Positions 1 through 15,433 are shown, counted from the stretch's first letter. The stretch: 64,000 nt of DNA from the human T2T-CHM13v2.0 reference genome, Homo sapiens (GCF_009914755.1 NC_060930.1); one strand, 5' to 3'. The notes: generated by a model not told the origin, from the sequence alone. Numbers and translations are program-made.

Positions 1-369
1 TACAAACTAAACAAAATTTTTTTCAAAATTAGAAAGGTTCTTTTTGAGAAGATGCAACTCATTCAAAAGTTTATTTAAATAAATTATGTATTATAATGAC
101 TCCAGGAAAAAATATAGCCACCTCTAGAAGTCCTACCCTTCATGGATTTTACCCATTTGCAAAGCAACAATTACATCACAATAAGTAAAAACTAAAGATT
201 CAAGGAAGAACAAATCAGGTTTTCTAACCTAGAATGACTACAGAAGTTAATATTAACTTAAAATTAAAAGCAACATTTTGTCTCACTAGAGACCATGTTA
301 TATAGCATATAAAGGACTTATTTTGAATTGTAGCAAATGTAAACTGTAATGTCATCCTTATTATTTAAG

Positions 370-480
370 GGGTCTCAATTTACTTATCTGTGAGGATAAG
401 CATATTCACTTTGAATTGTGGGGACTGGAGGAAATAATGTATGCTAAATGTCTAGCTTGGTGCCTAACACATAAATGGAA
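370..480 (+). mobile_element. MIR SINE fragment (degenerate)
   Basis: CTCAATTTACTTATCTGT...AATAATGTATGCTAAATGTCTAGCTTGGTGCCTAACACATA resembles the MIR core and 3' half. Confidence 0.55.
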
Positions 481-1845
481 TTAACCATAATTAACACACT
501 GACAGGCAGATCCCAAACTAAATCTGCATTTGAGACCAATACCTTCTCTATCTCAAATATGGATTCATTAGAATAAGCAATGTAGCACATTATTGAATGC
601 AGGATTTGGGGTAGATATGCCAGAAATGATAAAGAAGCAGGGATGGATTGTTGCGGGGATAGGAATGGGCAGCATTTCTGAGTAGTGTGGTTCCTGATCT
701 GAGATTTCTTTTTTCCCTGGGTAGGAAGAAAAAATATATAGAAAATTTACACATTTAAGATTTTGCATTAATTTAAAATTGTTACAACATCCTGGAGAAT
801 TAGACTAATCTCACCCATGAAAAACCTCACCTTTAGAATAAGAATTTCAGTGTAGAATGATTTAATCAAAATGTTAAAATAATAGCCAAGGATTCATAGA
901 ATCCTTCATAGAACAGCGCACTGTGTTTTAAAAGTGTGCTGTAGTTGCTGTGGATTTTCCTATCATTTAGGGTCAGGATGTGAGGCTAGACAAAAGGGTA
1001 CAGATGATTCAAAACCACTAGATTGATTTACTTTTAACTAATTATAATTAATATCACTTCAAGACTGTTTACATTTCTGCTGTCATCCATATGCATTAGC
1101 ACCAGGTTAATGTGATAACCATGAACCAAATAATAGCTTGCATAAATCTCCACTGTATTCAGATAGTAAAGTCCATTGCCCTGTTCTTACTTCCTGGAAA
1201 CAACCTTTGATCTTCAGATCAACAGTAAAAATAATTACTGGCATTGGCCAAACCAGGATTAGTCATTTCTGTTCTGAGTAGCTGCACAGCTGGAGACAGA
1301 TGTGCAGGTCTCTTTGCACAGATCTGAAAGGATCATCTCCAAGCGTTTATATCATGCTTGTCATTCGTTTATCAGAGGCCAAATGTTTTTCTTTGTAAAC
1401 GTGTGTAAAACATTCTCAGAATTTTAAACAATAACAAATCAGGGCTGAATGTGGCCAACATGCAAAGAGGAAATCTCCCATCTGTCCAAATCAAACAGTT
1501 GTATTATTAGAAACTGAGGGCTAAAAACTGTGCACATACACAGACACACATATTATTTTAATATAGATTTTCAATAATTGGTCTAGGATAAGGATAATAT
1601 ACAGAGAACATGCCAAAAGTTTAAGCAAGAAGAAAACAAAGACTGTTACTATGGAAAAATGAAAATAGATTTTAAAACATGTTAATTCACGTTACTTTTT
1701 GTTAAATTTACTTTTCTTCTTTCACTTCTTACCTGTCAATGTTATTAATATTTTTAGGAACAATAAATCACATTAATTCCTTATCTCATGTGAAATTTCA
1801 TATTTATGATTGATACCTTTAAATGTCATTTGTTGAAGGAAGATT

Positions 1846-2420
1846 ATTCATTTTTTCATTCAATAAATATTTTTTAGAATAATAAGTCCCAGGCACAAGA
1901 CCAGTATTATGTTCTAGGCATTGGGGATACCATGTTCACAAGACAGACTATGATTTACAGGATCAGATGTGGACTCTCAAATTCGACTGAGAATAAAACA
2001 GGCACTAAACAAGTAAATAAAGTTAATTTCAAGTTGTAATTGATGCTAGAAAGACAATGAAACAGAGCCATGTGACCAATGAGAGAGATGAGGGTGGCAG
2101 CAGCCTGTTTTAGATAAGGTACCTGATTGGTGGGATTGGAAGACCTCTCTGAGATTAGTGTCTTCAGATATGCCTTAATGATATGAAAGAACCATTCATG
2201 GGAAGGCCTAGCATTAAAAACCGTCTAGGCAGAATGAGCAGCAAGTGCAAGGGTCCTGGATAGGAATGAGCTGGATGTACTCAAGGAAGAAAGAGAAAAC
2301 CAGCATAATGAGCAAATTAGCTCAGGAAAATTTGGCAGGCACTGATTTTCACTGGGCCTTGTAGGCTATGGTTAGCAGCACCAATTTTATTTTAAAGATG
2401 ATTTGGTGTTTCTAAGCGTA
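1846..2420 (-). mobile_element. LINE-2 (L2) 3' end fragment
   Basis: TTCATTCAATAAATATT...CCCAGGCAC...GTTCTAGGCATTGGGGATAC is the reverse complement of the L2 3' terminus. Confidence 0.65.
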
Positions 2421-3283
2421 TTTTGAATCTTTTCCCCTAAAGAGCATTGACAGCATGGAAAAGCTAGAACTCTCTCTTTAATAAAAGTTAACGAATAGGA
2501 AAGAAAAATAGATAGAATCAGGCCTATTCTAACATTTAAAAAATCACAGACTCCTCTTGTTTTGAAAAAGAAATATATAATCCAGCCAAACTGTTTTCTG
2601 CTCATCTCTTTAGGCTATTGTTAAACCCATGACGAAAAGGGAAATTTCAGGTTAGATTTCACACCCCTGGGGGCTGATTTTTACATTTTATTGAGTTTGG
2701 CTCCTGGATCATATGATTTGAAAGAGCTGATTTTACTCGGGTATTACACAGACACAGACTAAATAAATTTGCAGCATTTCAGGAAATCCATTGTTTTTAT
2801 TCTAGTTGGTTGACAGAGTTGAGCCCCTTTCTTGCTCACTTGAGAAATCGCCATTCAGAGGCCTTACCTCACTTGAAATTAGCTCATGATTGACATTCTC
2901 AAAGCTAAGCAATAAGTTCCCAAAGAAATTAATAGCACTTTAAAGAATCATTAAATAGTATTTTAATTTATCTTCCTAAAGTCAATAACTTTATTCTGAT
3001 TACTGAATAAAATTGCTCCTGCTGTGGATCTGTGCTTTAAGAAGTGTTTCCAAGAAAATGCACTGTTTAAGTAGAATGTAAATACAGGATTACTGATGAA
3101 CGCACAAGCAGAAAAAAAAGTATGAGAAGGTAAAATCCTACCCTAAGAACAGCATAACCAACATTGGAAAGTGGGAAGAACAATTAAATAAAATAGGCGA
3201 TATTACAGGTGAAAAAGGTGGGCTTGCTATAGATTTAAATTGTATAGAAGAGAGTAGAAATACATTGAAATAAAGATATAGAG

Positions 3284-3504
3284 CAAACTTGTTCAAGCCA
3301 TGGCCCGTGGGCCACATGCAAACCAGGACATCTTTGAATGTGGCCCAACACAAATTTGTAAACTTTCTTAAAACATTGAGATTTTGAATTTTTTTTTTTT
3401 TTTTAGCTCATCAGCAATGGTTAGTGTTAGTGTACTTCATGTGTGGCCCATGACAATTCTTCTTCCCGTGTGGCCCAAAAAAGCCAAAAGATTGGACACC
3501 CCTG
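3284..3504 (-). mobile_element. MER30 hAT-Charlie MITE
   Basis: Ends in AAGCCAAAAGATTGGACACCCCTG (reverse complement of the MER30 5' end); internal TGGCCCAACACAAATTTGTAAACTTTCTTAAAACATT matches the recalled consensus. Confidence 0.85.
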
Positions 3505-3779
3505 AAGTGAAATATATTCCCTTTTATTTTAGACCAGTTAACTAAATTGCCTGAGCCTGCAATTTCTCATATGTAAAACTAAGGTAATAAAAGCGATACG
3601 AGTCTGACTCTATCATAGGAAAGAAAGGAAGTCAACTCTATTTTATGAAAAATTTACGGTACAATCCTGATCTGTCGTGAATAAGAGGAGAGCTAAGCTG
3701 TAAGTACATCTAAAACAAGCCACGTGTTTATCAGACTTCCCACTCTTCTTCCCTCCTGCTCCAGTACGTCTTCCATTCA

Positions 3780-4135
3780 TTTTTTTAAAATAAGAGTTTT
3801 CTTGAGATACAATTATATATCATAAGGTTGACCTTTTTAAAGTGTTTAATTCAGTGACTTTTTAGCATATTCTCAAACTTGTGCAACCATCACCAATAAT
3901 TTCAGAACACTTTCATCACTCCCCAAAAAACTTCATACCTATTAGCAATCACTCCCCATTCTCCCTCCCTCCAGCACTAGGCATCTGCTAATCTACTTTC
4001 TGTCTCTTTGGATTTACCTATTCTGGATATTTCATATAAATGGAATCATATATAGCCATTTGTATCTGACTTTTCTCACTTAACCTAAAGTATTCAAGGT
4101 TCATTCATATTTACCGTGTATCATAACTTTGTTTC
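3780..4135 (-). mobile_element. Old L1 3' UTR fragment (L1MB-like)
   Basis: TTGTGCAACCATCACC...CTAATCTACTTTCTGTCTCTTTGGATTTACCTATTCTGGATATTTCATATAAATGGAATCATA, typical antisense L1MB 3' end. Confidence 0.75.
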
Positions 4136-5800
4136 TTTAATCTCTGCTTCATTCTTCTTTTCTCTGTCAATGGAAGGCCTTAGCTGCAATGGCCCACATG
4201 AAGGAAAACATGGCTGCCAATACATCCAGAGCTTAACTTCTTACAGATTCACACAATGAAGAGAATGGTTATACTCTCTGGGATCCAAATGCAGAGAGAA
4301 GAGCTCAGGATGGATAAACTTTGATAAGGCTCATCTTTAGATCAATCCATGAGACTAATGTACAAGTAGCTTAGTTTTGGTTCTTCCTTGGTATCAACCA
4401 ACCGTAACCAGGGAAAAATTTACCAGGTTATAAAATTGTCAGATTTGAGGAAGCCTTTTGAAATAGAGGTGGAATTGGATCTGGGAGGTACATTTTTCAG
4501 AATATTTGGGGATAGTTGATGAGTAGATGAAATAATGTGCTTAGTATAATACATATCTGTCAAACTAGTGAAGAATAAAAAAAATTAATAAATTAAATAC
4601 ATACCAGTATAAAACTGTCAATTGGCATATCCAAGAAAAGCTTAGATATTAAAAAGAAATCGTGGAAGGATAGTGGAAAAAAAAAAACAGTTGCCAGGAT
4701 TTTGATGAGTGAAGATTATAAACATTTTCCTTTAATGAGCACTGATAACAACATTTAACTCTTTATCTAGGAAAATGTAGAGTTTTGTGAGATGGAGTCA
4801 AAATTTCTAATTTTCTTTGAATCAAAAGAAAGGATGTATTAAATATTGATTAAGGCAGCTTTTTATTTTATTTCAATAACTCAGTTCCTTATTTACCATA
4901 AGCATCCTAAAAACAGAGGTGTTTTTAAACACCTTATGCTACCATCACTAATAATATTGATCAATTTCTAGCACAGATTGTTGACTCACTTAAATATTGT
5001 GCTGCAGCATTTTTTCTCCATAGCCTATAAAATATTTGAAAAAATCCTTGCATATTATAAAATTAGCATCTTTTTATCAGTAGTTTTTCTGGTTGCAAAG
5101 GAGGTTATAATTGGAGCTTGCAAATACTGACATTTTAAAACTAAATTGTTAAATCATTTGTTCAATTAAAACTATTCAAATGTAAATATCATAGCTATTT
5201 GGTACCTATCATTATAAATTTTAAAAATATATGAGAAGATAATCAGAAATTTTGCATTACTTATTTTGAAATTATACTTCCAATCTAATTCTACCAAAAA
5301 ATATTATTCATATTTTATAATCTTACCTAAATAGGTTACATATGGAACATCTTGTCATAACTATAACAAAAGGATATATATATATTTGGAATTAAATAAC
5401 ATTATTTTCTGTAACTCTAACTGTAAAATTTTTCAAGGTTCAGTTATTCAGATTATTATTGAATAAATATGTTTAATATATTAAACATAAAAATAAAATG
5501 TATTTGAAAGTGTGTGTGTGAAAATTGGTGTGATTCTAAAATTAGTTGGTGTATACGTAGATGAATATTTCCATCGCTGGAATGAGACAGGACTCAACAT
5601 AAATTATATAGTTAGTTTTCACATTGGGAATATAAATTGTATGAACTTCAGTTACCTATAAATAGTTACATAGAAAAAAAGAAGTCTATCTCTGGATTTA
5701 TCACTTAATTTTTTTAATACCCCTTCAAAGTTTTATATTAAAGTTACAATAAAACTTACCTTAAATACATATATGTGTGTGTATGAGTGCGTGCACGTAT

Positions 5801-6054
5801 GTGTCACCCAGACTGGAGTGCAGTGGTGCAATTATGACTCACCGCAGCCTTGGCCTCCTGGGCTCAAGCAATCCTCCTGCCTCAGCCTCCCATGTAGCTG
5901 GAATCAAGCGCAGATAATTTTTCTATTTTTTTTTTTTAAGAGATGAAGTCTCACTTTGTTGACCAGCTTATCTTGCACTCCTGAGCTCAAGTGATCCTTC
6001 CACCTTGGCCTCCCAAAGTGCTGAGATGACAAGTGTGAGCCACTGTGCCCGGCC
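5801..6054 (-). mobile_element. AluJ (degenerate, internal deletion; tail region replaced by TG/TA microsatellite)
   Basis: GTCACCCAGACTGGAGTGCAGTGG...CCTGGGCTCAAGCAATCCTCC...GAGCCACTGTGCCCGGCC; GGGCTCAAG is J-type. Confidence 0.85.
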
Positions 6055-6486
6055 AAAAACATTTTAAATAATATACCAGATTATATCTTATTTAAATTAT
6101 TTCTAATTTTGTTGCATGAAAACAAGTTGTGTGAATTGCAAAAAGTTTTATTATACAGTCATAAGAGTAATGATCTTTTTAGTTACCCTAAGAATAAGTG
6201 TCCCTCAGTTTTGTGCCTGGATGGGGGGTTTTTACCCTTAAAAAAGTAAGAATCAGGATGGGTGAGTGAGATGTGTTTATTTCACAACTTGGGTAAAGAA
6301 ACGACAACAGTGAAAGGGGTAACTGGAAAGGAGTAACAGAAAACTATGTTCTCCAGGTAGATCAGTTTTACACTAGTACAGATGGAAGTTGAGGATATGG
6401 ATCCCGATTCCTTTAAAAATTCTGGGTCTGCTTAAGTCCAGACCCAAAGGTCTGAGTGCCTCGGTTTTAAGACAGCTTGTCTTGAA

Positions 6487-6620
6487 TGGTGGTCTCCAAA
6501 TGAGGTGCATGAATCCAAAAGGATGCAGAAGACCATCCACAACAACGCACAGGAATAAACCGACGCTATATTTATATTTTGACCCAAATTTAAAAAATTT
6601 TTTTTTACATTATAAAATAT
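6487..6620 (+). mobile_element. Possible hAT-Charlie (Charlie4-like) fragment
   Basis: GTGGTCTCCAAATGAGGTGCATGAATCC...GCAGAAGACCATCCA...CTATATTTATATTTT resembles a Charlie4-type terminus; weak. Confidence 0.35.
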
Positions 6621-6849
6621 ATGCATTCACACTGATATCCCTTGTATCTAGCATTATAGTAAGTCCTGGGGAGAGTGAGTGCCACATGATCACTCATTTG
6701 TTTTCAGCATATTGCCACAGATTGAACGCCATTGTTTGCTTATGTGAATTTTGGGCTCTTATTATTATAAGTAACAGAATCTTTATAACTCTGATATGAA
6801 ATGGAAAACGATCATGAAAAATTTTGTGTATCCCACATAGATTCACCAG

Positions 6850-8280
<1,431 letters not shown>

Positions 8281-8693
8281 ATTATTATTGCCCTCAGGGA
8301 GGGAAAGAATATGAGTTATGGATATTTCTTTTACAAAAAGACAAATGTTTCAAATGTGCTGCCCTTTTCTGCAAAAGATGACTGACCAACATTTATATGT
8401 TGCCAAAGACATATTTGGGGATGGGGAGTGAGAAACACATTTTATGTAACCTTCAAAGTAAAAATAGTGTTTGTAAAAAGGACATAAGAGAGAATTTTTC
8501 AAATTCTTTTAGAAAATTTTTATCATTACAAGATTTGTGGTAAAAAATAATGTGCCTCACCTATGAAAATTATGTGTACACATAAAATTAATTTGAGAAA
8601 AGAGTATTGTTAACTACTTTTCAAACATTCCAAATGAAAATTTTCAATGGGTTTTAAACAAGTTTATTAACATTATTAAAATAGTACAACTTC

Positions 8694-8798
8694 CCGGTGA
8701 TAGGTGCACCAAAATCTCACAAATCACCACTAAAGAATTTACTCATGTAACCAATACCACCTGTTCCCCAATAACCTATGGATATAGAAAATAAAAAT
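8694..8798 (+). mobile_element. Severely 5'-truncated L1PB 3' end (~105 bp) with 16-bp TSD
   Basis: GGTGCACCAAAATCTCACAAATCACCACTAAAGAATTTACTCATGTAACCAA = L1PB 3' terminus; TSD AAAAT(A/G)GTACAACTTC at 8678-8693 and 8799-8814. Confidence 0.85.
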
Positions 8799-9862
8799 AA
8801 AATGGTACAACTTCAAAAGAATATTCAGGAAAAATCAATTGAAATCAAGGAAGACGAAAATTTTCTAGCCAAATTGCAAAAATTTTTGATCTATGTATCA
8901 TTGTGAATTTTCTAGTTATAATGGCAGCAAAACCAAGCTTGAAAGCCAAAAACACCCTCAAAATCATAAAATACTCCCTCTGAATGAAAAGAAAATAAAC
9001 ATAAGATATGTTTAAATTGGTGTATCATACATTACTAAACAAATATTCTAAAATTCATGAAGCAAATTTAGTTATGTTGCACTTACTACAATGTTGGTAT
9101 TTAAAATGGTTTCTACCATTAATAGAAAAATTAAAAATTCCTTAAATATTATATTTCAAAAATACTGATTTCAATTTTATCAATTTATTTCAAAATCGTA
9201 TTTCAAAGCTAACAGTTTAGCTCACCTTTTAAATGTATATTTAGGGTATGCATAATGAACAATAATTTTCTGCCATTCCAGTGGTTTATGCATGTAATTT
9301 ATATATGAATAAATATATGCATATTGTATGTTCATGCTACAAAACTATAGTGATAAGAGTGCATGATTCTAAAAAGTTTGGAGACCAATGGTCTAAAAAT
9401 CTTTCGGCAAATGAAATATTAAATTTGGGTTTCTTGCCGTTCACCATAGACATGCGGCCAGAGGACCAGATTAGCCATCAGATTAAACATGTATTAAAAT
9501 TCCAAGTCCTTTGCCATACAAATCTGTATTCTTTTACAGGTATCAACTTTGCAACGTAATTGTTTTAAATATTAATATAGTTTGTTTCATTCTTCAGCAT
9601 GAGTTGCATAGAGTTTGCAAGTGTTTTCTGGTTTTTCAATATTCAACGTACCAGTAGTTAAATAGTATGTTATATAGACTATAAGAGTGATTGAATTTCT
9701 AAACAAGCAGGACATGATTCAGAAGGATGAATAATTTCTAATACATGAACTGTATAACTATGATTTTAGGTCCTTTGTAGTTCCAAACATTACAAAAACA
9801 TTTTATATTTCCCCATGTGAAATGTCTTCCCTATTTCTTCTGGAAAATACTTTGAAAGTCAG

Positions 9863-10154
<292 letters not shown>

Positions 10155-11577
10155 GAAAGTCAGTCAGCAGATGCACCAACTACTGGAGGAATTTTCCCCT
10201 TTTCCTCAGCCAGATTCAGTCTTTTTTTCTTTGCTTTTCTCCCTCCTTCTTGTATGTTTCATTAGATTTTTAATTATTCTTATTACTTTTACCATAATGA
10301 ATTGTAATTGTACGTAGCCAGTTGTTGTCATTTGCGTTTGAATTCATTTATGAATTGCAAATTATTTGAGGACAGACTTTGTCTTATTTAAACTTGTAAG
10401 AGATGATTCAAGAATTATTTCTGAATAAATAAAATAGGCATACCTTCAGCATTCCTTAAGTCAGTGTTTCATAAAAAAAATTCAGAAGAACAGTACTATC
10501 TTGATAGTCTCTAGGTAAAAGAGTTCCATTGTCAAATAATCTTGTTTGGTACGTAATAAATATTACACTTCCCTTCTGAAAATCAAAAATGCACAATAGT
10601 CAGAATTCCTACCATAAATAAACCTGTTTAAATTTCTTAATTCAGTATTTTTCAAATAAATATTGCAAATCTCTTTTTTTTTTTCCTGGAACACACATTA
10701 ATGTCCTGTGGAAGTGGTTTTTCTATGTAATAATACTCTGGGAAATGCAAAAATGCTACATTTCAACATTTATATTGTTCAATGTGCATGCAGAGAAAGT
10801 AATTAAGGGGGAGAACTATAATTATACTTATGTTATTCAGGGGGCCATGCTGCAGCTAAAGGAAAGGAAATGAATTCTAAATAGTTAAATTATTTATCCA
10901 TGTAGAACCGTGTCTTTTGTTTATATTAAAAACATATGTTGTAAATTGAGAGATAAATTTTATTCCATGTACATTTTTAAAGGAGAAAGATATGACTTTG
11001 TCTAAGAATGACTATCATATGAAAATGAAAAAATTAAGCTTTAAATTAACTAAATCAACAGAACTCATAAATTCAGCACAACAAATTTATGCTGCCCTCC
11101 ATAGTGTTAGCCATCAGAATTGCCATATTTAAAACCATGATGTTAAATATCTCTGAGGAAAGTTCACCAATCACAAAAGGAAATCATTCTCATCTATTAA
11201 TTTTGGGCATCAAAGAGCATTATGAATTTGATCACCAATTTTATTCTTCAAATTTAGATTTTAATTCTTAGTCTATTCTTCTTAAAGAAATTCTTAAATG
11301 GTATAAATTGTTACTGCTGAAGTTTCGCAAAAGGACTTTATTGAGCATATGAAAGTAATTTTAGTCGATAAGATTGATTCCAAAATAAAAATTGACATTT
11401 AAATATCAGTTTCATTCCTTCAAATAGCTGCCATGGTAGGAGTGCTTCTAAATGAATTTAGTAATGAACATGTTAAACGTTTGAGATACTCTTAGGATTA
11501 CATATTTTATTAACTAAAAGAGACTATTTAAAAGAAATATCTTTTAGACAATTGAAATGCTAAAAATTGCAAATATA

Positions 11578-11891
11578 GGCCTGCGCGGTGGCTCATGCCT
11601 GTAATCCCAGCACTTTGGGAGGCTGAGTCGGGCAGATCACGAGGTCAGGAGATCAAGACCATCCTGGCTAACACGGTGAAACCCCGTCTCTACTAAAAAT
11701 ACAAAAAAAAAAAAAAAAAATTAGCCGGGTGTGGTGGATGGCACCTGTAGTCCCAGCTACTCAGGAGGCTGAGGCAGGAGAATGGCGTGAACCCTGGAGG
11801 CGGAGCTTTAAGTGAGCCCAGATCGCGCCACTGCACTCCAGCCTGGGCAACAGAGCGAGACTCCATCTCAAAAAAAAAAAAAAAGAAAAGA
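11578..11891 (+). mobile_element. AluY
   Basis: GAGATCAAGACCATCCTGGCTAACACGG, GAATGGCGTGAACC; A18-expanded middle linker; TSD AAAAATTGCAAAT(A/T)TA at 11562-11577 and 11892-11907. Confidence 0.9.
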
Positions 11892-13859
11892 AAAAATTGC
11901 AAATTTAGATCATCTTTATTCATTCTTTCAAAAAGTATTAGTTACCTATATAACTAAAATGAGTTAATACCACTGAAAGATTAGTTTTAGAATATCTGTG
12001 TGGATAGTAAACCAGCATAGTGTTTCGCTTTTTTTTTTAGTATCAGAAAATGCTATTTGATGAATGTTTTTTCACATGGAAAAAAATGACTTGTTTTATT
12101 CAATCTCAAACATGTGATTTACAAGGCAAAAGGGCTGGAATAAACATAAAAACACAAGAATCTGACCCATAAGGCTTTGAAGCTCTTTATACTGCTGATT
12201 GGGATCCAGTCCTAGTGTATTAATATACATTCTGCAAACTCTTACTCTTTACATTTGTAGAAATCTTCAACACTAATGAAAGAAGGAAGTAATTTTCAAT
12301 ATCCTATATATATTATTGTGTTCTTTTGGAGAAGAGGTCAAAGGATAAAAGTCTACTTTCTTCCAAAGAAGCATCAGAATTAAGGGGAATGTATCTTAAT
12401 AATGAGGAAGCATAACATTTTCTACCCTTTTACATGATTAAATTGTCTAAAGTCAGTACACGTGTACCATATGAAAGACTGTGAAATCACCAAGATTTAG
12501 GAGAAAGTACTGGGCTAATTTTTACCCTTGAACCAAATATCTCTAAGGGATTTTCTGTCATAGAAGAAAAAGAAGGAGAAAAAAAGAAAGATGGGACAAG
12601 AAAGAGAAAACTAACTTTGTACAGACTTTTGGAACACATACTTTTGCTTTTTAGAAACTTCTTTGCATGGAGTTCTCTTTCCTGTGCAAATGTTATTAAT
12701 AACACATACGTATTATTAATATAAATATAGACTGGAACTGAGAAGGATATTTAACAAAGAAAAGCTTATGAGTAGTGAGAGGAAGGGATGAAGTTGTTTA
12801 TAAAAGCTGGAAGATGCAACGTTCTTTCCATACATAGTGGAGTCTTGCATGTTTATTTTAATACTTGAGTTTGTTAGCTTTTTTGAAGTATTTATTAATG
12901 GCGCTTACTCTGGTTTTCAATAAAATCCATAGCTGCTTCCTATTTCTATATATACAGCACTGTCATTGTGTGAATTTTCAACAATTTACATATTTTTGCT
13001 TAAGTCAAACAAATTAGTTTTATATTTTTAAATTTGAAAGACTGATGACTTGAAATCACACATTCATTTCTACACATTTACATGCACAGTCACAGTACTA
13101 ATATGTAGACATGACTATAAATCATGCCAAAATAGAATGCACTGAAGCATATATACTGCAGTACCTGCAGTCTATATAGTGTGACCCTTGTTTAAAAAAT
13201 GCCAGTTTCACAAAGGAAAATGTTAACTTGTCTGAGAAATATTCTATTGACTTAAAATTTAATTCTATAATCTAGCCTTTTCTTGCTTTTAAGAATGTCA
13301 GCCATAATTGCTAAAAATGAAGTTTTAATCAAACTTGGTGCTTGGGCCAAATAGTCACAATTGGGAAGGGGAGTGGGTCATTCAGTGAATTCCAGAGAAT
13401 AGGCAGATAGAACAAGTGTTTACCAAAAGATGTGGGGGCTACTGAAATAAGAGAAGTTTAAGGAATCAAGAATTGAGCTAGAAACAGAGTTTAGTGAGCT
13501 TTAGAGATAAGTCCAAATCAGGAGTCCAGAAAACATATCAGAAAGTAGAGGCATAGAAACTGGCAGGGAAAATTATATGGCTGCAAAGCAGGGAAGGCTT
13601 CTGAACAGTCATCTAATATGCAAACTATTGTCTGAGGCTGGTGTTAAGAAATTTATTGAGGGTGGCCTATAGAACATCTGTCAAATAAAGGACTGCCACT
13701 TTGGATTGCCTTTGATATTTTCTTTTCAGGGCACATTTTTTCCCCAAGCAAATTAACTTATAAACAATTTGAGAGAAGAAAACAATCTCTTTTAGCTTTT
13801 GTCCATTTAAAGGAGAACAAAACAAGGTGTCAGAAGACCTTGATTTTGGTTTTAGTATT

Positions 13860-14835
13860 TGTATAAGTTTTCTATTGTTGCCATAATAAATAACCACAAA
13901 CTCTGGCTTAAAACAACACAAAATGCTTATCTCTAAGTTCATAAATCAGAAGTCTAAGTTGGCCCAACTGGTTTCTCTGAGTTTTACAAGGCTGCAGTCA
14001 AAGTGCCAGCAGGATAGGCTTTTACCAGGAGGCTCTAGGAAATAATCTGCTTCCAGATTCATTCAGGTTGTTGGCAGAATACATTTCCTTGTGGTTGTAG
14101 AACTGAAGTTCTTATGTCTTGCTGATTGTTGGCTGACGGTTGTTCTCAGTTACTAGTGGCTGCCCACATTTTCTGGCTTGTGCCCCTCTTCCTCCATTTT
14201 TCACAGTTCAGTCTCCTCTCCTGCCTCAAGTCTCCAGCCTTCCTTTTCTGCTGCATCTCTGTCTGGCTCTGCTATTTTCATTTCCTGCTTTTAAGAGTTC
14301 ATGTGTGTATTAGTCTGTTCTCATGATGCTAATAAAGACATAGTTGAGACTGGGTAATTTATGAAGAAAAAGAGGTTTAATGGACTCAGAGTGTCACATG
14401 GCTGGGGAGGCCTCACAATCATGGCAGAAGGTGAAAGAGGAAGGCACGTCTTACACGGTGACAGGAAAGAGAGCTTGTGCAGCAGAACTCCTTTTTATAA
14501 AACCATCAGATTTTCTGAGACTTATTCACTATCATGAGAACAGCATGGGACAGACCCACTCCCATGATTCAGCTACCTCCCACTTGGTCCCTCCCACTAT
14601 ATGTAGAAACTATGGAAGCTACAATTCAAGATGAGATTTGGGTGGGGACACAGCCAAACCATATCGATGTGATTGCTTCGGGTGTACTCAGATATTCCAT
14701 GATAATCTCTCTATTTTAAAGTCACCTGACTAGCAAGCAGAATTCCATCTTAACAACAATATCTACATTAGAGTGTGATTAAGTAACCCAGGATGGGACT
14801 CTTGTGGGGACATCTTTAGAATTCTGCCTGCAATT
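13860..14835 (-). mobile_element. MLT1-type MaLR LTR, split by a THE1 insertion
   Basis: TGTATAAGTTTTCTATTGTTGCCATAATAAATAACCACAAACTCTGGCTTAAAACAACAC...; resumes after 14671 and ends AGAATTCTGCCTGCAA. Confidence 0.7.
14306..14666 (-). mobile_element. THE1C-like solo LTR with 5-bp TSD ATGTG
   Basis: TGTATTAGTCTGTTCTCA...GATGAGATTTGGGTGGGGACACAGCCAAACCATATC; 361 bp; ATGTG at 14301-14305 and 14667-14671. Confidence 0.9.
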
Positions 14836-15433
14836 GTTTTATGACCAAAAAAATTGTGTGAAGCTGGCAAAGCAGGCATCTGTTTTGTAACTCCTCTTAG
14901 ATAGTCTCCCATTGAAAAACTCAGAAATTAGGCCAAATAAATGTTAACTTTCACTTCCAGCTGTCTATACCTAAAATCACTTGACTTGACTTTAATATAA
15001 TGTCATGTAATCAGTTGCTGCCCAGTGAATATATGTTTTTTGAGATGAAATAAATAACCTCAATTGTTGAATACTTGAACTTATACTTTTTGGCTTTGTT
15101 TTACAAAATTGTATTATATTAATAAAAGTTCACATAATTTGTTATTAATATATTCTATTATATATCTAAGTAAAAGTTCATATGACATTCTTACAGAGTA
15201 ATACTGGCACAGAGCTTTTTTAAAAAATAACTCCACTACCAAATTCTCTAACTTCAGGACTGGTAAATCTTGCCTATTATTACATCTTCCAATGCTAGAC
15301 TTATGACTTCCAAAAATATTCTTTTACTTCTCTATTTTGATGTAGAATGTACCTATTGCTTAGCTACTATAAAAGATGAGAAATTTACCAAAACCGCATT
15401 TCTCCACTTACTCACATACTTCATATTGGTGAC

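Noticed and set aside
6389-6799. 136-aa ORF and a small hairpin (TGGGTCTG/CAGACCCA, ~6423-6447)
   Set aside because: Non-ATG start, no recognisable domain, overlaps a probable DNA-transposon relic; an 8-bp stem is expected by chance
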